Below, piece after piece: positions 37,948 through 47,779 of a stretch of 64,000 nt of DNA (position 1 is its first letter; each line of letters starts with the position of its first letter). The translations under genes and the position numbers were made by a program. The stretch lies in contig JAYFNY010000052.1 in the NCBI GenBank assembly GCA_034933205.1, positions 1,391 through 65,390 of the forward strand, read 5' to 3'. This DNA is from Eubacteriales bacterium. Lineage in GTDB: Bacteria > Bacillota > Clostridia > Christensenellales > CAG-138. Under the pieces are notes generated by a model. That model saw only the letters and a list, made by a program, of their open reading frames with translations. It was not told where the DNA came from and did not search any database.

Positions 37948-39103
37948 CAAAAAACCCCGTATCGTCGTCAATATTGCTCTTTTTCTTTTTTCCCCTGGCC
38001 GCGCCGGACGAAGCCGACTTTCCGGCGCGTTCCTCGCGCGGCACATCCTCCCGGCGTGACGCCGGGGTTCGCTGCGGAACCGGTTCCTGTTCCGCTTCCT
38101 GCTGCGCAGCCAGTTTCGCTTGCTTTCTCTCGGCGCGCTTCGCTTCGCGAGCATCCTGTATCGCCGCCTCTTCGTCCACGCGCTTTGCTTCCCGCTTTTC
38201 CTCCTGTTTTCGCTCACGTTCAGCCTCGCGCTGCTCCGCTTCCGCCTGCGCGACCTTTTTCATCTTAATGGCGGTAACCTGCGCGCGCTTCTGCGCAAGA
38301 CGCTTTTCTTTCTCGGCCGCCGCTTTTGCATCCGCACGCGCTTTTTTCCGCAGCGCGACCGCATCGTCGTGCGCTTTTTGCCTTGCAAGCGCAATCGCGC
38401 GGCGGCGCTTGTGCCCCGCCGAAGTCAGAATCAACGCAAAAATGCTGATTACAATTAGAACCAGGACCACTGCGCCGGCATAGAGCGCCACCCTTGCGAT
38501 GATATCCGCGAAGATATCCTCCGGAAGCATATTGATCATGCGGCTTTGCGTTCCGTCAAAGAGCCAAAGGTCGTTCCAAAATAGCGCCTCGTGGAAAAAC
38601 GTCCAGAAATTTGAAAAATCCAGCGACGCCCAAGTCCCCAAAAATCCCGAAATCAGAAGCATCACGAACGCGCCGGAAAGGTATCCCTGGGCAAGATACT
38701 GAGGCGCCATACGAAAATGGACGACAGCCGCAAAAAGGTAAAGAATCAGCATGACCAGAACGCCGATATCACGGTAACTTGCGATGGTCATATAGATTTG
38801 TCGCACGTCGACCATGTGCTCCGCTTCCTGCGGATAGTCGAACATCTGAACCTTCTCGTTATTGACCGTGACCTCAACGTTGATATCGTCCGCGTCGCCT
38901 TCCATATAATCCACGAGACGGGTCATTGCAAGCACCAGGTCGGAGTTGCTGATCCCCATCTTCTGGCTGATGGCCAATTCGGTAAACTCGTTGGTGATAA
39001 ACGTTTCGTCGTTGATTACGAGGCCGATGGATGTAAACACCAGGACCAAGATCAGAATAATCGTGGCGATGGCCGCCATACCAACGGAGATGAATTTTCG
39101 CAT
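37940..39103 (-). CDS. TIGR01906/DUF1461-like integral membrane protein with a long Lys/Ala/Glu-rich C-terminal tail
   Basis: 387 aa. N-terminal TM helix, an extracellular domain, three more TM helices (FWTFFHEALFWNDLWLF motif), then about 150 aa of charged low-complexity sequence (AEKEKRLAQKRAQ...EAERERKQEEKREAKR). 8-nt overlap with tsaD. Confidence 0.7.
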   Translation of the reverse strand: MRKFISVGMAAIATIILILVLVFTSIGLVINDETFITNEFTELAISQKMGISNSDLVLAMTRLVDYMEGDADDINVEVTVNNEKVQMFDYPQEAEHMVDVRQIYMTIASYRDIGVLVMLILYLFAAVVHFRMAPQYLAQGYLSGAFVMLLISGFLGTWASLDFSNFWTFFHEALFWNDLWLFDGTQSRMINMLPEDIFADIIARVALYAGAVVLVLIVISIFALILTSAGHKRRRAIALARQKAHDDAVALRKKARADAKAAAEKEKRLAQKRAQVTAIKMKKVAQAEAEQREAERERKQEEKREAKRVDEEAAIQDAREAKRAERKQAKLAAQQEAEQEPVPQRTPASRREDVPREERAGKSASSGAARGKKKKSNIDDDTGFFDD

Positions 39104-39492
39104 ACCGCTGTCTCTCCTTTAAGTAATCTACCGTACGATGCCGATAGCCCGTTTCCGTCTCCGGAAAAGCGGACGGTTCTTTTTTCGCAGCGTTATTATA
39201 ACATAATCCATATACAAGCGAAATTTTTTGCCAAAGAATCGCTGTTTTCCAGCAGCCGCCAGACGAAAACGTACCCTGCCGCATCCGAAAAGCGCGCAGC
39301 GAACCGCACTTGCAGCACAGGCGCTTCCGCACGCCGGCTGCGGCTGTTCCTTCAAAACGGCGCGTCCCATCGCGAAATGCTTGCCAGAGAATCCTCCACA
39401 CGTTACAATCATTCTATCGGTTATCGCTTTTACGCGTTCCATCCCGAACCAAATCCGCGCGCCAGACCGGTCGCGCAGAAACGAGGCTGAGT

Positions 39493-40359
39493 ATGAGTTA
39501 TCGTATTTTTACCGACGCAACCAGCGACATTCCCGTGCAATTCGCCGAACAGTTCAACGTCACCGTACTACCTATGGCGTTTTCCATGGAGGATAAGGAG
39601 TACTACTATATCCCCGGTAAATCCCAGATGCCCATCGAGACGTTCTTTGCCAATATGCGCGCCGGCGCATTGGTCACCACCGTCCAAATCAACACGTACG
39701 CGTTTATCGAGGCGTTCGAACCCGTGCTGAAATCGGGCGTTGATATCCTGTATATCGGGTTCTCCACAAAACTTTCCGGCACGGTACAATCCGCCCACAG
39801 CGCCGCCGAGGAATTGAGCGGCAAGTATCCGCAGCGGAAGATCATCGTTGTCGATTCCGCCTCCGCATCGCTTGGGGAAGGGTTGCTCGTCTATTACGCC
39901 GCGCGCAGGCAAGCGGAAATGAACGTCGAGGAACTCGCCACGTGGGTGGAGGAAAACAAGCTGAAATTTGCCCATTGGTTCACGGTGGACGATCTCGTTT
40001 ACCTCAAGCGCGGCGGACGCATCAGCGGCGCAACGGCTGCAATCGCCACGATTCTGAACATCAAACCGGTCATGCACGTCGACAACGAAGGATATCTTGT
40101 TGCCGTGGAAAAGGTGCAGGGCCGGAAAAAATCGCTGCGTGCACTGTTCGACCATATGCAGAAAACCATAGACCAGCAGGCGACGGATACCATATTTATC
40201 GGTCATTGCGACGCGCGTGAGGACGCGGAGTTCGTCGCCTCGCTCGTTCGCGACTCTTATCCAAGCCTGAAGATCCATATCGATCATATCGGCACGAGTA
40301 TTGGCGCACATTCCGGCCCCGGCACCATTGCGCTTTTCTTTGTCGCAACCGAGCGCTGA
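39493..40359 (+). CDS. DegV-family fatty-acid-binding protein
   Basis: Start trimmed to MSYRIFTDATSDIP, preceded by GAGG. The layout is typical of DegV. Confidence 0.88.
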   Translation: MSYRIFTDATSDIPVQFAEQFNVTVLPMAFSMEDKEYYYIPGKSQMPIETFFANMRAGALVTTVQINTYAFIEAFEPVLKSGVDILYIGFSTKLSGTVQSAHSAAEELSGKYPQRKIIVVDSASASLGEGLLVYYAARRQAEMNVEELATWVEENKLKFAHWFTVDDLVYLKRGGRISGATAAIATILNIKPVMHVDNEGYLVAVEKVQGRKKSLRALFDHMQKTIDQQATDTIFIGHCDAREDAEFVASLVRDSYPSLKIHIDHIGTSIGAHSGPGTIALFFVATER

Positions 40360-40375
40360 TTCAGAATAGCTGCCT

Positions 40376-40408
40376 GCGGGCGGAACAGGATTCCGTCCGC
40401 TTTTTTCT
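40376..40408 (+). terminator. Rho-independent terminator of the degV-like gene
   Basis: Stem gcgggcggaa / ttccgtccgc, followed by TTTTTT. Confidence 0.75.
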
Positions 40409-40541
40409 ATTTCGGAAACCAGGCGGAGCAAACCGGAAAGAATTGGAATTTTGTTCCCGCATGCGTCGCTTGTAAACCCCGATCGAAAAAGCTAAAATGA
40501 AAGGAACGAATCCGCACACGTCGCGGTTAATCGGAGGACAG

Positions 40542-42155
40542 ATGGAACCCATTTATATTACGGGACACCGAAATCCGGATACGGACTCCATTGTCTCGGC
40601 AATTTCCTATGCGATGCTGAAAAATGCATTGGGCGAGCGGGCTTATGTCCCCGCCCGCATCGGCGAATTGAGCGACCAAACGGAAATGCTTCTGAAAAAG
40701 TTCGCCTTTCATCCACCCAGCCTGTTGCGCACGGTGCGCACACAGGTTTCGGATCTCGATTACGATACCCCGCCCATCCTTTCCGCCGCGGTCAGCGTAT
40801 ATCACGCCTGGCAGACGATTGTCAGCGAAAGCACCGTAATTCCCGCGCTGCCGGTCACGGACGAGGAAGGTCATCTCTACGGCATGCTTACGCCGGAAGA
40901 AATCGCTACATACGACATGCGTTTTCTGAAAAGCAGCCGGCTGGAAGGAATTCCGCTGTTTAACCTTCTGGCCTGTCTCGACGGGCGGCTTATGAATCCC
41001 GAGGCGGAGCAAACCATTCTAAACGGCTCGCTCGTGCTTGCTTTGCCCACGCATTCCGGAACCCCGGAAATCGGTGTGGACAGCATCGTCCTTTGCGGAA
41101 ACCAGCCGGAGGTGATTCAAACCGCCATTTCCCAGCACGCCGCCGCGCTGATTGTCTGCGAAAGCGAGATCGATCCTGCGTTCGTTGCCGGCTGTACTTC
41201 AACCGTCGTGATTTCAACCCCTTACGACGCGTTTACCGCTTCCCGATTCGTATTTCTCGCCATTCCCGTTTCCCGTATCTGCCGACGGGATAACCTCGTT
41301 TCGTTTCATTTATCCGACTATCTGGATGACGTTCGGGAAGCAACGCTCAAATCGCGTTACCGCAGTTATCCCATTCTCGACGAAGAAGAGCGCGTCGTCG
41401 GCACGCTCTCCCGCTTCCATTTGCTGCGGCCGAAGCGCAAACGCGTCGTGTTGGTGGACCACAACGAACTGCACCAGTCGGTACCCGGGCTGGAGCAGGC
41501 GGAAATTCTTGAGATTATCGACCACCACCGCCTTGCAGAAGTGGAAACGAACGCCCCCGTCTACGTCCGCAACGAGCCGGTGGGAAGCACCTGCACCATT
41601 ATTACCGGCATGTTCTTCGAACGCGGCGTGATGCCTAGTAAAAAACTCGCCGGTCTGCTCGCTGCAGCCATCGTTTCGGACACCATCGTATTCAAATCGC
41701 CAACGAGCACTCCCGTCGACCGTTCCATGGCCGAGCGTATGGCAAAGATCGCAGGTCTTTCGCTGGATGAGCTCGGACGTGAAATCTTCTCCGTCTCCGC
41801 CATGGAAAACCATAATCTGGAAGAACTGTATTTTTCCGACTTCAAACAGTTCCAGATCGCGGGGCATTCTCTGGGCATTTCGCAGATCACCTCGTTGGAT
41901 ACCGAGTCCCTCAGCGAGCGAAAGCCGGAGTTTCTTTCCCTTATGGAGCGGGAGGTCAGTCAACATGGTTACGACATGATGCTTCTGATGCTGACCGACG
42001 TATTGAAGGAGGGAACGCTGCTGATTGCCGTTGGCGATTTAAACACCGTAGAACATGCGTTTAACGTTACCCTCAAGCAAAACGCCGCTTTTCTCCCCGG
42101 GGTCATCTCCCGGAAAAAACAGGTCGTTCCGGCGCTCTCGTTCCTCTGGGGTTAA
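40542..42155 (+). CDS. CBS-domain-containing family II (DHH/DHHA2) inorganic pyrophosphatase-like protein
   Basis: Start at MEPIYITGHRNPDTDSIVSA (DHH motif I), preceded by GGAGG. CBS-like inserts, VDHNE and IIDHHRL motifs, and a DHHA2 C-terminus. Confidence 0.8.
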   Translation: MEPIYITGHRNPDTDSIVSAISYAMLKNALGERAYVPARIGELSDQTEMLLKKFAFHPPSLLRTVRTQVSDLDYDTPPILSAAVSVYHAWQTIVSESTVIPALPVTDEEGHLYGMLTPEEIATYDMRFLKSSRLEGIPLFNLLACLDGRLMNPEAEQTILNGSLVLALPTHSGTPEIGVDSIVLCGNQPEVIQTAISQHAAALIVCESEIDPAFVAGCTSTVVISTPYDAFTASRFVFLAIPVSRICRRDNLVSFHLSDYLDDVREATLKSRYRSYPILDEEERVVGTLSRFHLLRPKRKRVVLVDHNELHQSVPGLEQAEILEIIDHHRLAEVETNAPVYVRNEPVGSTCTIITGMFFERGVMPSKKLAGLLAAAIVSDTIVFKSPTSTPVDRSMAERMAKIAGLSLDELGREIFSVSAMENHNLEELYFSDFKQFQIAGHSLGISQITSLDTESLSERKPEFLSLMEREVSQHGYDMMLLMLTDVLKEGTLLIAVGDLNTVEHAFNVTLKQNAAFLPGVISRKKQVVPALSFLWG

Positions 42156-42228
42156 TCCGGCGGAAACGATCGGAACCGGAATCGTACGCCGCCGCTTTTT
42201 CTAGCGGCGGGTGAGGAGGTTCACTAGA

Positions 42229-43941
42229 ATGCAGCTTACCATAGACGGCATTCGCACCGACGTTCAGTGCAACGAAAGCCTTCTGGACATCGTCCGAAGG
42301 CTCGGACTGGACAGTCCGGATCTGCGCAAGCGTCCCCTTGCCGCGAATATTGCCGGAGAAACCTTTACGTTGAACTACATCCCGCTGCGGGAAGAAAACA
42401 TAAAGTCGATCCCGCGGGTCACGCTTCGCCGCGCCATGCGCGCCGCAAACGGCGTCGTCACGCTTTTACGTTACGACAGCGCACGCGGAAACCGCGTTTA
42501 CGAGCGAACCATGCTGTTTGTGTTTCTGCTTGCGATGCGTAAACTCTATCCCGGCATCCGTGTTCGCATCAATTATGCCGTTGGCGCAGGGCTATTCGCT
42601 ACGGTAGGGGACGGACTTCGTCTTTCGCAGCAGGATATCGACCGGATCCGGCAAACCATGCGCGAAATCGTGGACGCCGACCTGACGCTGGAGCGCAAAC
42701 GAGTTGAAATTGACGATGCGATCGACTTCTTTTCGGCCGACGGGCAGGAGGATAAGGTCCGGCTGCTGAATTATCGCCAGTTCTCCTACTTCGACGTATA
42801 CCGTCAGGAAGATTATGTCGACTATTTTTACGGCGAAATGGCGCCTTCCACCGGTTATGCGAGCGTATTCGACCTGCAGGCGCAAAAGGGCGGCCTGCTT
42901 CTGCTGCGCCCTTCCGCCAGTGACCCCAACAAACCGGCAAAGCACGTTTCCCTTCCCCGGCTTGCAAACATCTTTGCCGAAAGCGAAGAATGGGGACGCC
43001 TCATGCACTGCGCGGCGGTCGCCGACCTGAACGATATGGTCCTCAACGGGGAAGTCCGTACGTTAATCCGCGTGAATGAGGCGCTCCACGAAAAGCGGTT
43101 TGCGCAGCTTGCCGATGAAATCATCGAACGCGGCGCGCGGGCGATCCTGATCGCGGGACCTTCCAGCAGCGGTAAAACCACGAGCGCAAACCGTCTCTGC
43201 ACGCAACTGCGCGTGCATGGCAAAACGCCGGTTCTTGTTTCTCTGGACGATTATTATCTGGACCGCGAAAAGCTGAAACCGGGTCCCGACGGCAAGATCG
43301 ATCTGGAAGATATCGCCACGTTGGATATTCCGCAGTTTCAGAGCGATCTGAGCCGGCTGCTGCGCGGCGAGAAAGTGGAGCTTCCTTGTTTCGACTTTAT
43401 CCGTCAATGCCGCAAAACACAGGGCCGAACGCTCCATCTGGACGAAAGCACGCCGCTGGTCATCGAAGGCCTTCATGGGCTCAACCCCATGCTTCTGTCC
43501 GACTCGGTGGAGAAAAAGCTGATTTTCCGCCTTTATGTTTCCGCGCTGACCACACTCAACCTCGACGACCATAACCGCGTGCCAACCACTTATCTTCGGC
43601 TTCTTCGCCGCATGGTGCGGGATTACGAAACACGCGGCGCTTCCATTGAACGCACGCTTTCCATGTGGGACAGCGTACGCGCAGGAGAGGAGAAGTGGAT
43701 CTTCCCCTTCCAGGAGGATGCGGACGCTATTTTCAATACGACGCTGATCTACGAACCGGCAGTTTTGAAAAAGCATATATTCCCTTTGCTCAGCGCGGTA
43801 CAGCCGGAAAGCCCTTACTACGACGAAGCGCACTCCATCGTGAAATTTCTGAACTATTTCATCGAAGCCAATGTCGAGGATGAAATCCCGCCGACGTCGA
43901 TCCTGCGGGAATTTATCGGAGGAAATACGTTTTACCGTTGA
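42229..43941 (+). CDS. Uridine-kinase/PRK-family nucleoside kinase with an N-terminal ThrRS/TGS-like extension
   Basis: Start at MQLTIDG, preceded by GAGGAGG. Walker A GPSSSGKTT followed by SLDDYY and VIEGLHGLNP. Confidence 0.75.
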   Translation: MQLTIDGIRTDVQCNESLLDIVRRLGLDSPDLRKRPLAANIAGETFTLNYIPLREENIKSIPRVTLRRAMRAANGVVTLLRYDSARGNRVYERTMLFVFLLAMRKLYPGIRVRINYAVGAGLFATVGDGLRLSQQDIDRIRQTMREIVDADLTLERKRVEIDDAIDFFSADGQEDKVRLLNYRQFSYFDVYRQEDYVDYFYGEMAPSTGYASVFDLQAQKGGLLLLRPSASDPNKPAKHVSLPRLANIFAESEEWGRLMHCAAVADLNDMVLNGEVRTLIRVNEALHEKRFAQLADEIIERGARAILIAGPSSSGKTTSANRLCTQLRVHGKTPVLVSLDDYYLDREKLKPGPDGKIDLEDIATLDIPQFQSDLSRLLRGEKVELPCFDFIRQCRKTQGRTLHLDESTPLVIEGLHGLNPMLLSDSVEKKLIFRLYVSALTTLNLDDHNRVPTTYLRLLRRMVRDYETRGASIERTLSMWDSVRAGEEKWIFPFQEDADAIFNTTLIYEPAVLKKHIFPLLSAVQPESPYYDEAHSIVKFLNYFIEANVEDEIPPTSILREFIGGNTFYR

Positions 43942-43981
43942 GTGCGGTTGTAATTTCCGCTGTTCACATCCAATTCAGCTT

Positions 43982-44012
43982 GCCTCCGAAGTGCGTATTC
44001 GGAGGCTTTTCC
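43982..44012 (+). terminator. Rho-independent terminator
   Basis: Stem gcctccgaa / ttcggaggc with a 7-nt loop, followed by TTTT. Confidence 0.75.
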
Positions 44013-44217
44013 ATTCTCTCCGGCTTTTCCTTATGTATACAACTGCAGCCGGATTTTATGCCCGAAATCAACGGATTCGTTACGAATGCGTAACAAAACG
44101 GAAAACGATTCTGTCGATTTGTTGACTTTGCTTCCGCGTGTCCGTATGATGATATCAGTCCATGAAACTCCCGTACTCTCCGAAACATGCGCTCCGTACT
44201 AAAGGAGGAATTTTATT

Positions 44218-45561
44218 ATGAACCGCACCAAATGGATCCGGGCGTTCGCCGTGTTCTTTTCACTTGCGTTCGCCCTTATAATGCTTGGCATACCGAATAT
44301 TGCGTTGGCAACTGTTGACACTGTTGCGATTATCGCATCCGGTTCCACGACGATTCTCGTTGGAGATCAGCTTACGCTAAGCGCATCGGTTAACGCGTCC
44401 TCGGGCAGTGCTCTGAACAATCCCGTATATTCATGGACGCCAACTGCGGCAGGCATTCTTACCATGACTCCGACAAACTCTACTCCTACTACCGTTACTG
44501 GCCGCACTGCCGGCAAACAGACCGTTACGCTCGCCGTCCATGATGACAACACGACAACCGACGTTACGGGCACGATCGAAATCACCGTCAACCCGATGAC
44601 GGTTGCACCGACCAGTGCGACGCTTGCAATCGGGGGCACGACCACAATAGTACCGGATCATTACACCGGCACCGTCGTATTCGGCAGCAGCAATACTTCC
44701 GTAGCGACGGTTGACCCCACTTCCGGCGTGGTCACCGCCGTTGCCAGCGGAACCGCAACCATTACCGCAACAAATACGCCCGCCAACAGCATGCCTACAC
44801 AGACCGCAACTTCGTCCATCACGGTCGTTGCGCCAACCGTTACGCTCAACCCGCCGAGCCAAACGCTCACCAATGGCAGCGCAACAACAACGCTTACGCT
44901 CTCCGTCACAAACGGAGGCACTGTGATTCCCAACGGAGCTACCGTTAACTGGGGCAACTCCGATCTCGGAATCGGTGCGCTTTCCTCCACAACATCGAGC
45001 GTTTCTTCCGGTGTTGCCACGATCAATTTCACCTCCAGTTTAGCCGCAACAAACGGCACGGCCACCATTACGGCAACCGTCGGGGGTATTTCCAGAACGG
45101 CAACGATAACGGTCTCCACGGTCAAGCATCTTGATATCGTCGGTCCGAGCGACCTGAACAAAACCACGCGCACCGGCACGTATACCGTTTACCTGAAGAA
45201 CCCGGACGGCACGGTTTATGACGACGATACCAGCACCGTCCACTGGAGCTGGAGCAGCAGCTACCTAAGTCTTACCAGCGACAGCATCAACGATCATCGC
45301 GCGGATATGCACAACGGCGAAGCGCATATCCAACTCTACGCTAAATACAATACCCCTTCCGCCGGCACACGCCTTTATGCCTGGATCAACAGCGATACCG
45401 GCAACAAGGAATATCATACAATCAATATATCCGGCCTGAGCAGTTTACCGCAAACCGGCCAGGATATGACGCTTGTATACGTGTTCGGTGGACTGAGTGC
45501 GGCGCTCCTCGCCGCCGCCGGGGTTTGGTATGGCATCCGTAAAAAGAACACCGCAGCATAA
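44218..45561 (+). CDS. LPXTG-anchored cell-surface protein with Ig-like (Big_2-type) repeats
   Basis: Signal peptide, Thr/Val-rich repeated modules (VATVDPTSGVVTAVASGTATITAT), and a C-terminal LPQTG, hydrophobic helix and RKKN sorting signal. Confidence 0.85.
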   Translation: MNRTKWIRAFAVFFSLAFALIMLGIPNIALATVDTVAIIASGSTTILVGDQLTLSASVNASSGSALNNPVYSWTPTAAGILTMTPTNSTPTTVTGRTAGKQTVTLAVHDDNTTTDVTGTIEITVNPMTVAPTSATLAIGGTTTIVPDHYTGTVVFGSSNTSVATVDPTSGVVTAVASGTATITATNTPANSMPTQTATSSITVVAPTVTLNPPSQTLTNGSATTTLTLSVTNGGTVIPNGATVNWGNSDLGIGALSSTTSSVSSGVATINFTSSLAATNGTATITATVGGISRTATITVSTVKHLDIVGPSDLNKTTRTGTYTVYLKNPDGTVYDDDTSTVHWSWSSSYLSLTSDSINDHRADMHNGEAHIQLYAKYNTPSAGTRLYAWINSDTGNKEYHTINISGLSSLPQTGQDMTLVYVFGGLSAALLAAAGVWYGIRKKNTAA

Positions 45562-46432
45562 GCGCACGGAGCCGAACGGGCTACCTGCCGCAAGAACCGA
45601 CCATTCTCCTTCAAGAAAGAGTCATCGGGAACTTCGCTCCATCCGTCTTCTTGGATTAACCGCCATTCTGCTTGGCGTTGTAGCGCTGATTTTACTTGGC
45701 GTGAAATACATGGAAGGCGAAGAAGCGGGAAACAACGCCGCAGTATTGCTGGATGCTTACAAGGCAAAAGCGACAGTTAGCCCATCCGCTTCGAGCTCAC
45801 CGGATGCGACAGGCAGCGCGGATCCAACGGACACACCCGAACCGACCGACAGCTCGTTTGAGCAAACCAACGCAAATGCGGACGCTACCGCCGCGACAAG
45901 CGCGAACGAGCATCTCGAAAACGACGGCTCCGTAAGCGCCGAATCCGAAAGCGGCGAATATGTCCGCCCGGATGCACCGGAAGCCGTTTCGGACCTGGAT
46001 GTCACAATACAGAAAATCATCGACGCAGCGGGTCAGGACGGCGTAATCGGTATTCTGGAAATCCCGGAGTTGAATGAAGAGCTTCCCATCATCGGAAAGT
46101 GGTCGTACAAACTCCTCAAAATTTCTGTTTGCCGTTATAAAGGACCGGCGCCAAACGAGAACGGCAATCTCGTGATCATTGGGCACAACTACAAGAATGG
46201 TTCCCACTTTGGGCGTCTCAGCAAACTCACCGTCGGAAGCGAAGTCTTCCTGACGAACGCTTCCACCGGAGAACGGTTGCGATATGTCGTCTATCAGATT
46301 AAGAGCATTGCACCGGATGCGTTCAGTGCACTTAACACGTACCAGGGCGACGCGGGATTGACTCTGATGACCTGCAAGGATAATGGAACCAACCGTCTTC
46401 TCGTACGATGCGAGCAAAAGGATGCCGCATAA
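45533..46432 (+). CDS. Sortase-family transpeptidase
   Basis: N-terminal TM anchor (LLGLTAILLGVVALILLGV), a low-complexity linker, then a catalytic domain with IIGHN, TLMTC and NRLLVRC. The start is uncertain; the ATG at 45533 overlaps the upstream gene. Confidence 0.8.
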   Translation, partial: ASVKRTPQHKRTEPNGLPAARTDHSPSRKSHRELRSIRLLGLTAILLGVVALILLGVKYMEGEEAGNNAAVLLDAYKAKATVSPSASSSPDATGSADPTDTPEPTDSSFEQTNANADATAATSANEHLENDGSVSAESESGEYVRPDAPEAVSDLDVTIQKIIDAAGQDGVIGILEIPELNEELPIIGKWSYKLLKISVCRYKGPAPNENGNLVIIGHNYKNGSHFGRLSKLTVGSEVFLTNASTGERLRYVVYQIKSIAPDAFSALNTYQGDAGLTLMTCKDNGTNRLLVRCEQKDAA

Positions 46433-46449
46433 CCTCCAAATATGCACGC

Positions 46450-46486
46450 AGCGCCCGTTCCCAATTGGGAACGGGCGCTTTTTGTT
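46450..46486 (+). terminator. Rho-independent terminator of the surface-protein/sortase pair
   Basis: 13-bp perfect stem agcgcccgttccc / gggaacgggcgct, loop aatt, followed by TTTTTGTT. Confidence 0.85.
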
Positions 46487-46579
46487 GCCGACTTTTGTTT
46501 GCCTCAACCGCAAATCGAAAGGGCCAAGACCACGCGTATTACGGACAGCCCGAACTTGTCTCGTTTTTTTATCCTTGGT

Positions 46580-47266
46580 TCAGCCGCTGATCCGTTTGGG
46601 TGTAAACCCAATTTTATCCGCTGCAACGCAGTGGTACGTCACGCCGTTTCGCTCCCCCTCGAACGCATACCGGTTCGCCTCCCCGTGTAAATGACCATAG
46701 ACGACGATCTGCACGCCGGCCTCTTCCAATCGCTCGGTGAACCCGCTCGCACGATCCTTATCGGAAAAAGGAGGGAAATGCATCATGGCAATTTTGCGAT
46801 CCATGACAGGCAGAGACCGCAACGAAAGGGAAAGACGGTCGAGTTCACGTAAATATATCTTTTCATCGTCCTGAGAAAAGTTCGAACTACCCGGGCAAAG
46901 CCACCCTCTGCTGCCGCAGATGCCAACGTCATTTTCCACGAAAGAATCGTTTTGCAGCGCATGCATCCCCTCCGGTAATGCGGCGCGCACCCGGCCGATG
47001 GCGCTCCACCAATAATCGTGATTCCCTTTTAAAAGGATCTTTTTCCCTGGCAGTTTCCCGATAAACGAAAGATCGGGCAATGCGGCGGTAAGCTGCATTG
47101 CCCAACTAATATCGCCGGGAATCAGCACAAGATCATCTTGCGATACGACCTCACACCAGTTCTTCTCGATTTTGTCCATATGCCCGCGCCAGGTTTCGCC
47201 AAATACATCCATCGGCTTATCGGAGGCCAGCGAAAGATGCAAGTCCGCTATGGCGTATATGGGCAT
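46580..47266 (-). CDS. Metallophosphoesterase (calcineurin-like)
   Basis: 228 aa. Motifs AIADLHLS, GDISW, GNHDYW and GHLH. Confidence 0.85.
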   Translation of the reverse strand: MPIYAIADLHLSLASDKPMDVFGETWRGHMDKIEKNWCEVVSQDDLVLIPGDISWAMQLTAALPDLSFIGKLPGKKILLKGNHDYWWSAIGRVRAALPEGMHALQNDSFVENDVGICGSRGWLCPGSSNFSQDDEKIYLRELDRLSLSLRSLPVMDRKIAMMHFPPFSDKDRASGFTERLEEAGVQIVVYGHLHGEANRYAFEGERNGVTYHCVAADKIGFTPKRISG

Positions 47267-47305
47267 CCGTTCGCTCCTCTCTGTCTATGCGGGCATCGCC
47301 CGGGA

Positions 47306-47632
47306 TTATTCTTCCTCCGGTTCGATCTCCTCGTCCCCAATTTCCTCGTCGTTCGGAGAAAACTCCTCGTCCCGGTTGCTCACCTCGGTAGCATTCTCCA
47401 ACTCGACCTGCCGCTTCTGCTCGCGCAGGCACGCTGCGCAAAGATCGCTGCCGCGCACCGCGGGCGCCTCGCCGCATTCGGAACACATAACGACTTCATC
47501 GTCGTCTCCCTCTTCGTCGGGATGCTTGCCCCGCGCCTGAGCACGCTTCATTTCCCGCCTGCATACCTCGCAGTATTCTTCGCCTTCGCGGATATAATTC
47601 AATTCGCATTTTGGGCACTTATGCAATGCCAT
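47306..47632 (-). CDS. Small double zinc-ribbon protein with an acidic tail, function unknown
   Basis: Start trimmed to MALHKCPKCELNY. Two CxxC...CxxC units (CPKC..CEVC and CSEC..CAAC), then a Glu/Asp-rich C-terminus. Confidence 0.5.
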   Translation of the reverse strand: MALHKCPKCELNYIREGEEYCEVCRREMKRAQARGKHPDEEGDDDEVVMCSECGEAPAVRGSDLCAACLREQKRQVELENATEVSNRDEEFSPNDEEIGDEEIEPEEE

Positions 47633-47779
47633 AGGTCTTCGCCCTGCCTTCAATTCCAAACATTACGTTTCGTATTATGCTAAAGAATAGGATGTGTGTC
47701 AAGAAAAATATCATTTTCTCCGGGAATGGACGTTCCTGACGTTGATATACCGCTTAAAACAGTGAGATACGCTCGTGTT

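Noticed and set aside
37948-38483. The 90-codon N-terminal extension of the tsaD ORF, and the plus-strand ORFs 37743..38483, 37780..38268 and 38120..38458
   Set aside because: All fall in the low-complexity K/A/E-coding tail of the upstream membrane-protein gene. Canonical TsaD starts at MTEYE... with an ATGACTGA overlap. The other frames give Arg/Ser/Ala-rich sequence with no motifs.
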